Positions 39,321 to 50,965 of a stretch of 64,000 nt of DNA are shown in pieces. The stretch is from Mobula hypostoma (Eukaryota). Both the position numbers and the translations under genes were made by a program. The notes below the pieces were generated by a model. The model worked only from the letters and a program-made list of their open reading frames with translations. It made no database searches and was not told the DNA's origin. How positions within the stretch are numbered: the first letter of the stretch is position 1; the number at the start of each line of letters is the position of its first letter. The stretch spans positions 52,888,001 through 52,952,000 of the forward strand of contig NC_086108.1 of NCBI RefSeq assembly GCF_963921235.1. Direction: 5' to 3'.

Positions 39321-39464
39321 AAGTTATTAACTATGATTCTGAAGGAATTAGACTCAATTGATAAAAATAATTTTTTCTTTCAAAGATTCATTAAAACTCT
39401 TCATTTGAAAATATTCTCTTTTTCTTTCCATTGCTGTTGTCATGCTATTGAATATTCTCAATAT

Positions 39465-40197
39465 TTACACAAGAAATTCTGCTGATGCTGGAAATCCAAA
39501 GCAACACACGCAAAATGCTAGAGGAACTCAGCAGGTCAGGCAGCATCTATAGAAATGAGTAAACAGTTGATGTTTTGAGCCAAGACCCTTCCTCAGGACT
39601 GGAAAGGAAGGGGGAAAATGCCAGAATAAAAAGGTGGGGAGAGGATAAGTAATCTGATAGGGAAGGAGAATAGACTATAGGAGAAAGGGAAGGAGGAGGG
39701 GCACTGGGAGGAGGAGAATGGCAGGTGAGAAGAGGTAAGAGGCCAGAGTGGGGAATGGAAGAAGTGGAAAAGGGGGCGAATTCTTTTTTACTGCAAATAG
39801 AAGTCAATGTTCATGCCATCAGGTTGGAGGCTACCCAGACAGAGTACAAAGTGTTGCTCCTCCACCCTGCGAGTGGCCTCATCGTGACACAAGAGGAAGC
39901 CACAGACCGACATGTTGGAACAGGAAATGGATTTAAGTGGGTGGCCACCAGGAAATTCCGCTTCTGGTGCTCAACTAAGCGGACCCCAATTTATGACGGG
40001 TCTCTCCATTGTACAGGAGGCCACACCGGGAGCACTTTACACAACCACAGCAGGTGTTGCTTCACCTGGAAAGATTGTTTGGGGTCCTGAGTGGAAGCGA
40101 GAGAGAAGGTGAATGGGTAGATGTAGCACATTGATTACTTTCAGAGATAAGTGTGTGCCAGGAGGGAGATTAGTGGGGAGGGACGAATGGACAAGGG
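39465..40197 (-). mobile_element. Penelope-like (Neptune-type) 3' fragment with decayed GIY-YIG
   Basis: Colinear with 10820-11720 (gaagtcaatgttcatgccatcaggttggagg...ttcacctggaaagattgtttggggtcctga); hammerhead remnant CTGAGGAAGGGTCTTGGCTCAAAACATC on minus at about 39565-39600. Confidence 0.9.
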
Positions 40198-41936
40198 TAC
40201 ATTGCAAACCACAGATTTTTTGCTTCTATTTTAACCAGTGGGATTCAAAGTTCAATGACAAGCATTGAACAAGTTGGTATGTGAGATAACCTTACCTTTT
40301 GTTCTTATGGTGCGATGCAATTATCACCTATCTGCCCAAAGATCACTCCTGTATTCCGTATGCTTCATTCCCATGGAAATACTTCTAAAATTGCTTCTTC
40401 TAGATAATTTACTTTTGAAGTACATTCTGACTTAATCACCTTCAGAGCCATCTTCAGGCTCCCAAGCTGATCATGAGTTTACTAATGCTTCTACCTGACT
40501 CCACCTAACATGTCAATCTTTTAACTAATAAATGACATCTCGCTTTAACTCCAGACTCTGTCCAAAAGCCTCCTCTCCAATTCATAGCAGCGTCTACGTA
40601 TCCTAATCTTCAAGTGAAACCAGGTCCATTTATCAAACTTTCCTTGTGTTTATTCACAAGTGTATTTTGCTGGTCACTTTGGGCCCTAGCCCCAGACTGT
40701 GACTTCAGTGTTTTTCTACTCCACCTCATTTTATCCTAATATTCTTAGAGTCCCCTCTCATGTTGTTATGCCTCCTTTCATTTCTGCCCTTTCGTGTACC
40801 ATGTCTCATAAATCTCTGCTCAGTACCTTCAGCACTCCTCCCATCAGCTTCCAAAATTCGCTCCCGGCACTGCTTTTCTCCCCTTTCTTTAAGACATTCT
40901 TAAAATCGACATTATTGAGCACGATCTGCTTTAATTGTTTCTTGATATAATGCTCTTGGTAACTGCTCTGGGCAATTTTACTGTTAATGCAGGTGGTTGT
41001 TTATGTGCAGTATGACTACCTGCTACAACCTGCATAATAATGTTCCACCGGCCAGTAACAGAATACCACAGGCTAAAATCTGTAAGCAAATCACCTGCCG
41101 ATGCAAATATTCTGGGTGGTATTTTTGAAGAAAGCTAAAAGAGGATAGAAACTTGAAAGAGAACTTGGTGCAGTAGTTCACCTCCAATTAGACTAGAGTG
41201 AGGGATTTGATACACTCGGGGAAATTGTAAGGAATGACAATTATATTTCTATATAGTAAATGTTTTTGTCAACCTTTTGCCTAACTCTTTCTAAGAGTTA
41301 GCACTGCAAAATTAATTTTCCCAGACTCACAAAGAATTTAAAGTGGCTTGTATGAGAAATGGATTACAGTTGATTCTGGTTAATTGGGCCGTTGGTTTAT
41401 CGGGACAGCCGCTTACCTGGGGCAACTCTTAAAAGAACAAAAACTAATCAAGAAAATAGCTGGGATTCCCTTTGTTTATTTGGGACACCATGTGGTTTAA
41501 TTGGGACCGGAGACTGTTGCTATCATCAGTCACATGTATTTGTGTGCCTGTTAGGCTCTACACCATGCTTAGAGTGAATAGTTTTGCGACAGCATCAGTT
41601 TCATGTGTTTGTGTTCGAAAAGCAATGATCTTTGTCACCGATAGTGGGCGAAGAATAAGCAGTAAGACAGTTCAGAACTGTTTTGTTCACTGCAGCTTCA
41701 AGCATTCATAATTGGGGTTCTGCCCCTGGAAGCACCGTTCAGTTATTTGCAGTTCATTTTGTACAAACATCACTTCCTAGTCGTGAGTTTTTATTTACAT
41801 CATTTCTTGTACAGGTTAATTTGGATTTCGACATGGAGCAAACACAACAGCCATCTCCATCCACTCTTTGTTTGTTTGACCTTTATACAGCAATATCTGT
41901 GAAAAAGGATCTAGTTCTTTCCCAGTGTATATGATG

Positions 41937-42348
41937 AATAAACTCTTCTCAGGCTTCTAGCCGGGTACAGGTATCGACTTTAAATGATGTTTCAATGACA
42001 AACTCCACCATCTTCATCAGGGCATGTCTAATCAATAGGCCACACCAATGGGTTTTGGGAAGGCCTGGTGAAGGAAGCCATTGAAATAAAACTAGATGAG
42101 ATTAATTTTAACAAAGACTAAGGTCTTGCTCTAAGTAAGAACTGTAATTTGATTGTAAACGAGGTGGGACAGTGGAAGCCTGATTGGATAAGGCCTAACC
42201 AATCAGGAGGGACAGACAATGAGGGTATATATACCACCTAACTAGACATGCCCAGGTATCATCTTCGATGAAGATGGCAGAGTTTGTCATTGAAATGTCA
42301 GCTAAAATCAATGCCTGTACCCAGCTGGATGCCCAAAAAGAGTTTATT
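41937..42348 (+). mobile_element. Penelope/Poseidon-type PLE 3' fragment with inverted pLTR copy
   Basis: Encodes LVKEAIEIKLDEINFNKD*GLALSKN (C-terminus of a Penelope GIY-YIG); 41937-42030 is the reverse complement of 42243-42348; both arms carry hammerhead motifs. Confidence 0.85.
41986..42020 (-). ncRNA. Hammerhead ribozyme motif, second PLE family (partly decayed)
   Basis: Minus: CUGAUGA-A-GAUGGUGGAGUUUGUCAUU-GAAAC-AUC; partner copy on plus at about 42265-42299 (tcgatgaagatggcagagtttgtcattgaaatgtc). Confidence 0.65.
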
Positions 42349-44669
42349 GGTAATATCTGTGTCTTAAGCTTTCTTAATATTGATAAACATTTAGTAGATG
42401 TAATTTTAAGGAAGTATTATGTTTATCATTCATCATTATTAAGCTATTGTTGGGCCACAAGTTCACTCTAGTCCACAGTATTAAAAACTCTGAAGAAAGC
42501 TTCTGGCTTGGGTGATTTTTGAGAAGGTGCTTAACTCCCTGCTTTGCTTTGTACACAATGCACAGTGAGGTATGTAGCCTTGGAAATACCAGATACAGCC
42601 ATGAATTAAAATGAAAAGGAATTTAAACAAGTTAGGAACTACAAAGAATTTGAAGGTATTGACAATCACCTCGACTGTTGCAATGAAAATAAAGATTTGG
42701 AGGACGCAATTGTTGAAAGCATTGTACGAAAGCAGTCCATTATCTGTACTAGGTGCCTGCACTGATTCTGTTCATTTACAGTCAATCAAAAGAACATGGC
42801 AGTGTACACTGGATGAATTCCTCTGTCAATAACTATTCCGAACTAATACACAGTTTTATAATATTGTTATAGTATTGGTAGTGTTCTAATTTGTTCTGCA
42901 GTTCATTAAATACACAATTGTTACTCAGTTTAACTTGTTTTTTTATACCTTTTTAACAATTTCTATGAAACTTCAGCTAATTGGGGCAGCTGTTTAAATG
43001 GCCACAATGTACGGATCCCAATGTGTCCCAATTAACCAGAATGCACCATATTTTCTGCCTGGAGTATACATAGATTCTCTTCTGAGGTCCTATCTAACTC
43101 CTAATAATGGAACTGTTGCACTTCATAACTGTGTTGATAGTATTTATCGATGGATTTCTGAAAGCAAAATATAAGATTGACAATATCCTAGTTCCAGAAA
43201 GCCCCTTCTTATTACATGAAAGGTATTATACATAAAAAATAGCTTAAAACATAATACTTAAAAATAAACAAAATATAGACCAGGTAATAACTGTACTACA
43301 GAGCATGAAGGTGTAATCTTGGCAGAACTTTTTATAAAACGATGTCAAGCTATAATTTTAATAGCATCAGCTGGAGAATATAGGTACTAGAATATTCCGT
43401 TCTATCATTGAAATTGCAGCTCGCAATGAAGGCGCAGGCATGATAAGCTTCGTCAGGGGTCAGGCTAGCTATCAGTAGGTGAAATTTTCAGCAGCAATGG
43501 ATTTTACTCCCATCTCACCTCTTCTGAAAATGGGGGACTGTGTCAGCTTCATGTCATTTTCATCACCAAGTGAACGATTTCAGGGGCTTTTTCTGTCCCC
43601 TGTTATTGCGGTCACTTGACCTCAAATATAATTCCCATTTAATGCCATCATCTTAACAAAGCCTGGATTTTAGGCCATACAGAGCAACCATTTGACCTCC
43701 CACTTGATACAATACAGTTGGCTGCAGTTTGATTTCCTGCTGTCTTGATCACTTTAAACAAATAAATTAATAAAAGCAGCAAATAATTTTGGTTAACATA
43801 TGAAACTTAAGATCTATTATCAATTATCACTTCCAAAAGTGTGTGAATAAATAAGTTGTCTCGCACAGGCAAACTAAAAGGCTAAGTTCAAATTGCTTTT
43901 ATTTAAAGTATTCTTCCTATTAGAGTACATTCATTAACATTTTCCAAATCATCTTACCAATAATTTGAAGTATTAAGATTCCCACACAATTAAAAACTTT
44001 CTTTCCTTTTTACATGCTTACTAATCTTCATAGCAATTACAACATTTTAAGTTTACTTTCTTATTTTTGGTTTTGACAGATTTTTGTTACCTTATATTAT
44101 TAGCAATTTTTTTAATGTACATTTTTATCTTTGCTATTTTTCATTTTCTCCCTAAGGTGGTAACTCTTTTGATTCCCAGTTGCCTGAGCACAGGAGGCAT
44201 TCTAGTAGTTTATCAAAAGGCCATGCATGTGTAAACTATGACAGTGGATTAGGCAAATACATTTAACACAAGGGGCACTATAGTCATCTCCAATTCTGTC
44301 CTCACCTGGCATCCACATAAGTGACTGTCAAGTGGAGTCCATTGATAAAGACATGATTTGGGGTAATATTTTTCTTCTTTATAACCTACATTGCTGAAAA
44401 TAATTGAGGGATACTTACTACCATCCATGTAGATAATCAGAAATTTGATCTAGGTTGTTAATTGAATTTCAGAATCATCTGGTCTACATGGTTTTGTACA
44501 ACACTAGCTGAGCCATTGAGGAAGTCCACCAGTAATTTTCATTATCAAAGCGCTCTAAAGATTTTTCTCCCCCAGTAATTTAAAGCTGCACAGAGAACCT
44601 TGGAATTTTCCGCATGCCAGTTGCAAAGGGGAGGACTCAGACTAGAATTTCTGTTCAGTTATACATCTG

Positions 44670-45170
44670 TGGTCAAAGTGTATAAAATCATGAGGTCAAT
44701 AGATAGGGCGAGTGCACTCAAGTCCTGATGAAGGGTCTCAGCCTGAAACATCGACTGCTTATTCCCATCCATGGATGCTGCCTGACCTGCTGAGCTCCTC
44801 CAGCACATTGTGTGTATTGCTCTAGATTTCCAGTATTGGTATTGCTTCTTGCGTCTCAATTCTTTTATTCCCAGGGTTAGGGAATCAAGAACTACGGTGC
44901 ATAAGTTTTAGGTGGGAAGGGACATACTTAATAATAAATGAAAGGAACAATATTTTTACACAAAGAATTGTGGAATATGCTGCCAGAGGAAATGGCTGAG
45001 GGAGGTATAATAACAGTTCTTAAAAGGCAGTTGGACAGGTACACGGATTGGAAAGCTTTAGAAAGTTTTGGGCCAAATGCTGGCAATTGGGACTAGCTTG
45101 AATGGGGCATCTTGGCAACACCAACCAGTTAGGCCAAGGGGCCTGTTTCTATTCCGTGTTACTCTATAAT
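44670..45170 (+). mobile_element. CR1 3' tail interrupted by a PLE terminal fragment (44721-44857)
   Basis: Host gtgtataaaatcatgagg..gatagggcgagtgcactca | ttcttttattcccagggttagggaatcaagaac; insert begins agtcCTGATGAAGGGTCTCAGCCTGAAACATCgact. Confidence 0.88.
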
Positions 45171-47513
45171 TGGCAATCATTAACTAAATTCACAACCAAC
45201 AATACCTACTTCTCAAGCCAAGAACTGTCACAGACCAATACTACTTAGCTCCTTTGGATAGAAAACAATAAACTAACAGCTCAAAGAAAGAATTTACACT
45301 TATAATGTACCAGTGACATTCTCAAGATGCATCAAATCACTTTAGAATTAATCAAGAACCAATGAAGATCCCTGAAACACTATATAAGTGAATGAAAAAA
45401 TGTACCTATTTTTTAAATTGGCTGACGATTAAACATTGGCTGGAACTCTAAGGAGAATAAATTACTTTTGAAAAAAATAGTACTGAGAGGGTCTTAAATG
45501 AGAGTGTTGAAGGTGATTTTGTTCAATAGTAAAATTAACAGAATTGAGATGTAGAAAACATAATGGAATTTTAAGACATGATGTGGTATTTCCTTTTGGA
45601 CTTCCATGATTATTATCTTAATATTTGTAGTTAGTCAGTGTTTCTCCTTAATTCTATGCCTCTATGTAATCGACCATTGATTAAGGCTGAGACAAAATAA
45701 CCATATTGCTAATGATATATTTTTGCCCCAAATATTTCTGTGATAATCTGAATACTTTCTTTAAAGCTTAAAAATCTTTATGAATTTCCGTGTGAGTTTC
45801 TAAATCCAATGGCTATCATAGACAATTTTTCTTATCCTATTGGTAACTAGAACCACACTATGGGTTTCTTAAAAAAAAGATTGCAAACTTTTACCTAGGG
45901 TGTAGGGTTGTCTTCTTTTTTATGGCAGAATAAACTCCCCATTTTTCATAATGCCTGATGTATACTATGCTTCTGACTAGTCCATAATTCAGTGTAAAGA
46001 ATACAGGCACTTTCTGAGCATTGTTGCCTTATAAAGGACTGCCCTGGGAGCTGCTGCACTCGAGCACGAAGGGAAGACAATTTATGATTCAGTGACACAA
46101 GCAGAGGGTGTGATTTATAGTTTAATTTGCTGTCGTAATGGACACAGCATAATAACATGTAAAATATTAATCAATGTGTAGCTACAGCAGACACCATTTG
46201 CTAAGCTTGTTATCTGCTGGTCTACCCCTGACAGTGAACAATTAAACTGACATCGCATTGCTTCAAACGAGAAACTGAGAATGCATGGACGACTGTCAGA
46301 GAAAAAAAGGCAGATACCTCCCAAGGCCATGGAAAATTGGGAAAATAAGATACCCGATATATTTCACAAATTGTTTCGTCCTTACTTAAAAATGCAGAGA
46401 TCTTTTAGACCAGGTAATTATTCTTTTGATATAAAGATAGTCGGCAGTATGTTACTGCAGTTGTTTCTTCCACTTTCCCCTCCCTGCACCCGCCCCTCCA
46501 GTGCATGGAATCAATTTCTAAACCGTCTGCTTGTTTTTTTATAAATTCCATCAGCAATCTCTCTGCCAAGGGCTATGAAGGCAACAAGAAAGTATGGCAC
46601 TAGATCTATGTAAGGTCAGCGCGGGAGATGAGCAATGCAATGAGAGTTTAACAAGAACCCTTCAAAAATTCAATTACAGCCAAAGAAATTAATAAATCTT
46701 TTCTGTTGGTATGGAACAAAAATTTGTCAACCTGTCCATTTTTTCAGCATCTCCCTCTGACCCCGGTCAATTACATTGCTTGTAAATAGTTTTTATACAT
46801 GTTCAAATAATTGCTCATCCTAATGTGCAGTGATCTGTATTCGTCACGCTCCGCGGCCCTATCCCATCACTACGCTGCCACCAGGACCCATTACTTGCAG
46901 TTAAGTGAAATCGAAATTGAAGTTATAATTGATATCAGGGCCCATCACCATAATGGGTTCATCATAGCTCCCATCTAAAATATTAATTTTCTAATTATGG
47001 ATAAATGATCGGACAAGCTGAGCCAGTGCTTGCAATGGAGCCCCTGGGAATTTAGACTTGCACAATGGGAGGACAGGGCCTTGTAATGCCTACAGATCTT
47101 TTATTATTCTCTTCCAAAGGCTTGTGAGATTCAATTCTATCCAATAATGGGCAAATAATAGTTAAGAATCAGTCTGTTAGGCTCAGTTCTCTCTCTCTCT
47201 CTCCATAGGTCTGACTCCCTTTTGATTTCACAGTAATACTATTGTAGTTGTGCAGCGTGCGACTGTTAGATCACCTTAGTTAATCATTTAACTTCCTATT
47301 ATATACACCGATAAGAGTGTGTGATTAAATCAGGGACTATTTGTTAAGATACAAATATCTATTTACTTTTTGCTGCGTTTGAAGAAAGGTAATATTTGTT
47401 GTTACCTGATCATTTATAAGTTGTGGTAACTGAAGGGCTTTAACTCCCTGTGGTTTCATTGCTCACTTGGTTTTGACAGCTAAGGTGCAGACGGATTTCC
47501 AGGGTGTGCTTAC

Positions 47514-47660
47514 CTCTGATCGGAGTTGCAGGCGTCTCTGCGCCCCCCACCTCTCGGCCGACCGGCCCCACGCGCCAGGCCCCCGATCGTCAGCTGCCAG
47601 TGCCCGAAACTGGCTGCGTTGTTGGATCCTCTCCCCCTCCCTCCCCCCATCCCGGTCCGG
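47514..47660 (-). promoter_or_regulatory. CpG-rich promoter-like segment / candidate non-coding first exon
   Basis: Most conspicuous non-TE CpG-dense GC-rich patch in the window; ends at donor GAG|gtaagc (intron starts 47513); no upstream polypyrimidine acceptor on minus and no ATG in the CpG-rich part. Confidence 0.45.
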
Positions 47661-48632
47661 CCTTCCGCTTCCCCTCATAAACCTCCCCACATCCCCTCCA
47701 CCACTTCCTCCCCCTCCCTACCTCCCCTGCACCCCTCCTCTCCCAACTCCCAAACCTTCCCCTCCCCTCTTTTCACCCACACAGCTCAACTCCTTCCAGC
47801 TCACTTACCCTGTACCTCCCCACACACTACCAATCCCCAAATATTTCCCTCCCCACTCACTCCCCACACCCCACCCCTCTCCCTGACACCCACCATCACC
47901 CCCACACACCCACAACTCCACTTCATCCTCGCTCAATCTCGCCATGACAACCCCACCCTCACAACCCATCCCCCAACCCTCTCAACACCTCTGCATCCCA
48001 CACTGACCACCCCATTTCTCCCCCTCCCACTCTCTGTCTCTATTACCCCCCACTCCACTCTGTCACCACCTTCCTCCTCACCTCTCTCCCCCACACCTTC
48101 CCCTCACCTAACCCCTGATTTCCCCTCACCCCACCTCCCCCTCACCTCCTTCCTCTCACCTCCCTTCCCCCATACCACCTCCCTTCCCCCACACCACCTC
48201 CCCACCACAACTCCTCCCTCCCCACCACACCACACCACACCACACCACCTCTCTCTCCCCTCACCACCACCCTTCTGCCACACCTCCTCCCTCCCCTCAC
48301 ACCACCTCCCTCCCTCACACCTCCTCCCTACACCTCCTCTCTCTCCCACACCTCCCTCCCCTGTACCTCCTCCCTTCCCCTCATACCTACTCCCACCCCC
48401 TCACCTCCCTCCCCCCTCACCACCTCCCTCCCCCACATCTCCTCCCTCCTCCACCAAACCAACTCTCTCCCCCCACACCACCTTCCTCCTCTCTGCCCAC
48501 CATCTTCTTCTCCCTACCGCCTTATGCCTTCCATCTTCACCTATACTCCCCCACCCATCTCTAACTACTCTCGACCCTCTGTCCCCCAGCCCTTCTGTCC
48601 CCTCTCCCGCCACACACAATCTCCTACCCATG
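47628..48632. repeat. About 1-kb C-rich low-complexity tract (G-rich on minus)
   Basis: Almost devoid of G on plus; degenerate CCT/CCA/CCCT units. Confidence 0.95.
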
Positions 48633-50849
48633 TCTGAGGTTCTCTGTCCCCTTTATCTACTCAGGAATGCAGAATGAAAAATGCACCCTGAAGGCAGGCA
48701 CATGAAGATGTCATTTGCTCTAGTGAATTATGCAGGAAATTTCTGGTAATGTGTTAACATATTTGAAACATGTTCACCCCAAAGGTTGGCCAGATGAGTG
48801 CTGGTGATCATGAGGTGGTCTTTTCAAACAATATGCCCTTTATATATAACTACATGCATAAAAGAGGTGGACTTTTCAATTTGTATCTTCTTCAAATTCA
48901 GTTTGTTTTCTGAACTTTAATAATTTTAACATTAATCTTTATCCAGATTGCTGGATGCCTAATTTACCTTCTGCGTTTTTTTAAAGAATGAAAGTACTGC
49001 TTGAGAGACCAGCATTTATTTTCTTGTTCTCAAGGGGATGAGACTTTTGTGTTAACTTCATACTTTCTACTCATCTCTGCTGGAGATGGTGATTGTTGCT
49101 CATGTGCAACTGTGTGGGTTCTGGCTGTGGTGACGTCCCTCACCCATGTATCTGTTCTCCCAGCTGGCCACATAGGTAATGAAAAAAATAGGCAACTCTG
49201 CTCATTTGCAGATGTTCATCATGATCCGCCCTAATTCAACCTAACCCTACACCTATAACTACTTCGCACTGTGCCAGTGGTCATAGATAGCAGATAGGGA
49301 CAGGAATCATGGCTGATTTCTTGACTCCTGGACCTTACCAGCTACATGGCAAACTGGAGCTCTTTCTATCATGTTCCCAGTGTGGATTATATAACACTGA
49401 TCTCAGCTTATAGTTGTTTATCATACAGTAACTTAGATTTTTTTTGTATGCTTTTCCTAGTTGGAGTTTTATATATTAAAAAATTCCAGCATAGTTGACA
49501 GAAGGATTTACTACTTCTGAAATTAAATAATACTTCTTACATAATTACATTGAAGTGTTAAAGTATATGTCACCACCTAATAGTTCAATCTGCTCCAATT
49601 AATCTGACACAGCACTTATGAATGGCACATTTCTTAGAATCATTTTCTTAAACCAGTGATGAAAATCTTGCCCATTTAACAGAGTTTAACTGTTTTCTAG
49701 CTGCACTATCCTAACAGTCACAAAATTGTCAGCTTTTAAAGGCTAAGATTCTTTCGCAGTCGTACAGTTCCTGTTATTCTGGGTCTGGCTCTCTTAACAG
49801 GCTGGTTGATTCCCTATACGACTATGGTTGGGGACTAGAATCTTGTGAGTTGCATGAGGGTCTGGGAGTTTATTGGGGGTGGGGGGAAGAGGGATTTCTA
49901 AATTCCCTTCCCTGATTATTATGTGGAAGTGGGCAAGGAATGAACTTTGAGTCAGAGGTGATATCATCACAATGAGGTAGAATATTAATAAATATTTGAA
50001 TTTATACACAAGGAAAATAACTTAAATAATATTTTAGGGAGGGTCCACAACTTGACAACTGTACCGCAGAGCTGGTTAGGGATTTCAAAGATTAATTTTA
50101 TTGTCAAGGTACGCATGTACAATACAACTCTGATATTTGTTGTCTTCTTCAGATAGCCATGAAATATAGTGAGTTGTTGAAAGAAAAAGACATCAACTCC
50201 CCCACCCCCGGCACGAAAAAGAAAAAGAAACAAAACTTGCAAACTCCAAAAACCCCTCACCCCTCTGTCACAGAAAAAACGAACAGACTGCCCACAAGGA
50301 AAACGGCAGCTGGAACATCAAAAACTCCAAACCCCCAAGTAAGAAGAAAAGTAAATAACTTTTATTATTTTTGCAAGACTATGTTGACCTGGTCCTTCCA
50401 ATAGGCAGTGGGATCACTTTATGAATTCACCTGCCAGTGTCCTGGTCTCTTCCCACTCTTACAGCTGTCTTTCTGAACAGTCGAGAAGGATATCAGTGAG
50501 AAATAAGCACGTAAAACAAGTCTCATCTTTCGGTACAGTATGTCCTGATTATTTTGGCGCATGTCTGATCAAAATAAGTAGGGAGTTAACCAGAATGTTA
50601 ACTCTAAGAAACATTCATACACCAACTTTGCCAAAGTTCATACTTGCTTGGTACATCAGAGTAAAACTGCACGTATACTTCAGCCGAAATGATGAAAGTG
50701 AAACTACTTTAATTATATTATTGAATAACAAGTTAGATTCCAAGAATGAAAGAAAATTGTATGAATGAGAAAGAGAAAGTTATTTTCAGACCAGGCAGTG
50801 TTGGCAATGATAGATCAGGAATATGAATCCTAGTTTCCTTTCATCTTAC

Positions 50850-50965
50850 CTGCATTGTGGTACTTCGATTGCTCTCTGTCGTCCTGCTTAAGAGACGTGA
50901 AAATTAGGCAAGAATCCACTTCCCTGAAATGTGCATTCTGACTTGAGTATTGTCCTAATAAGTTG
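50850..50965 (-). other. Candidate 116-nt internal exon of an unidentified minus-strand transcript
   Basis: Strong acceptor ctgtttttccttccctcag and donor CAG|gtaaga; one open frame (NLLGQYSSQNAHFREVDSCLIFTSLKQDDREQSKYHNA), not recognised. Confidence 0.4.

Larger units (their letters stand above)
41367..43048 (+). mobile_element. Tigger/pogo-type DNA transposon relic (internally deleted) with nested insertions
   Basis: TA-flanked TIRs cagttgattctggttaattgggcc / gtcccaattaaccagaatgcacca; transposase C-terminal remnants AMIFVTDSGRRISSKTVQNCFVHCSFK and EFEGIDNHLDCCNENKDLEDAIVESIV. Confidence 0.8.

Noticed and set aside
40295..40385. Minus-strand donor AAG|gtaagg with an upstream AG
   Set aside because: Stops in all three frames, weak acceptor, and the sequence looks like a decayed repeat tail.
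47526..48677. 383-aa Pro/Ser/His/Thr-rich ORF (longest in the window) and overlapping Gly-rich minus ORFs
   Set aside because: By-product of the C-rich low-complexity tract, which rarely forms stop codons; no true ATG start or domain.
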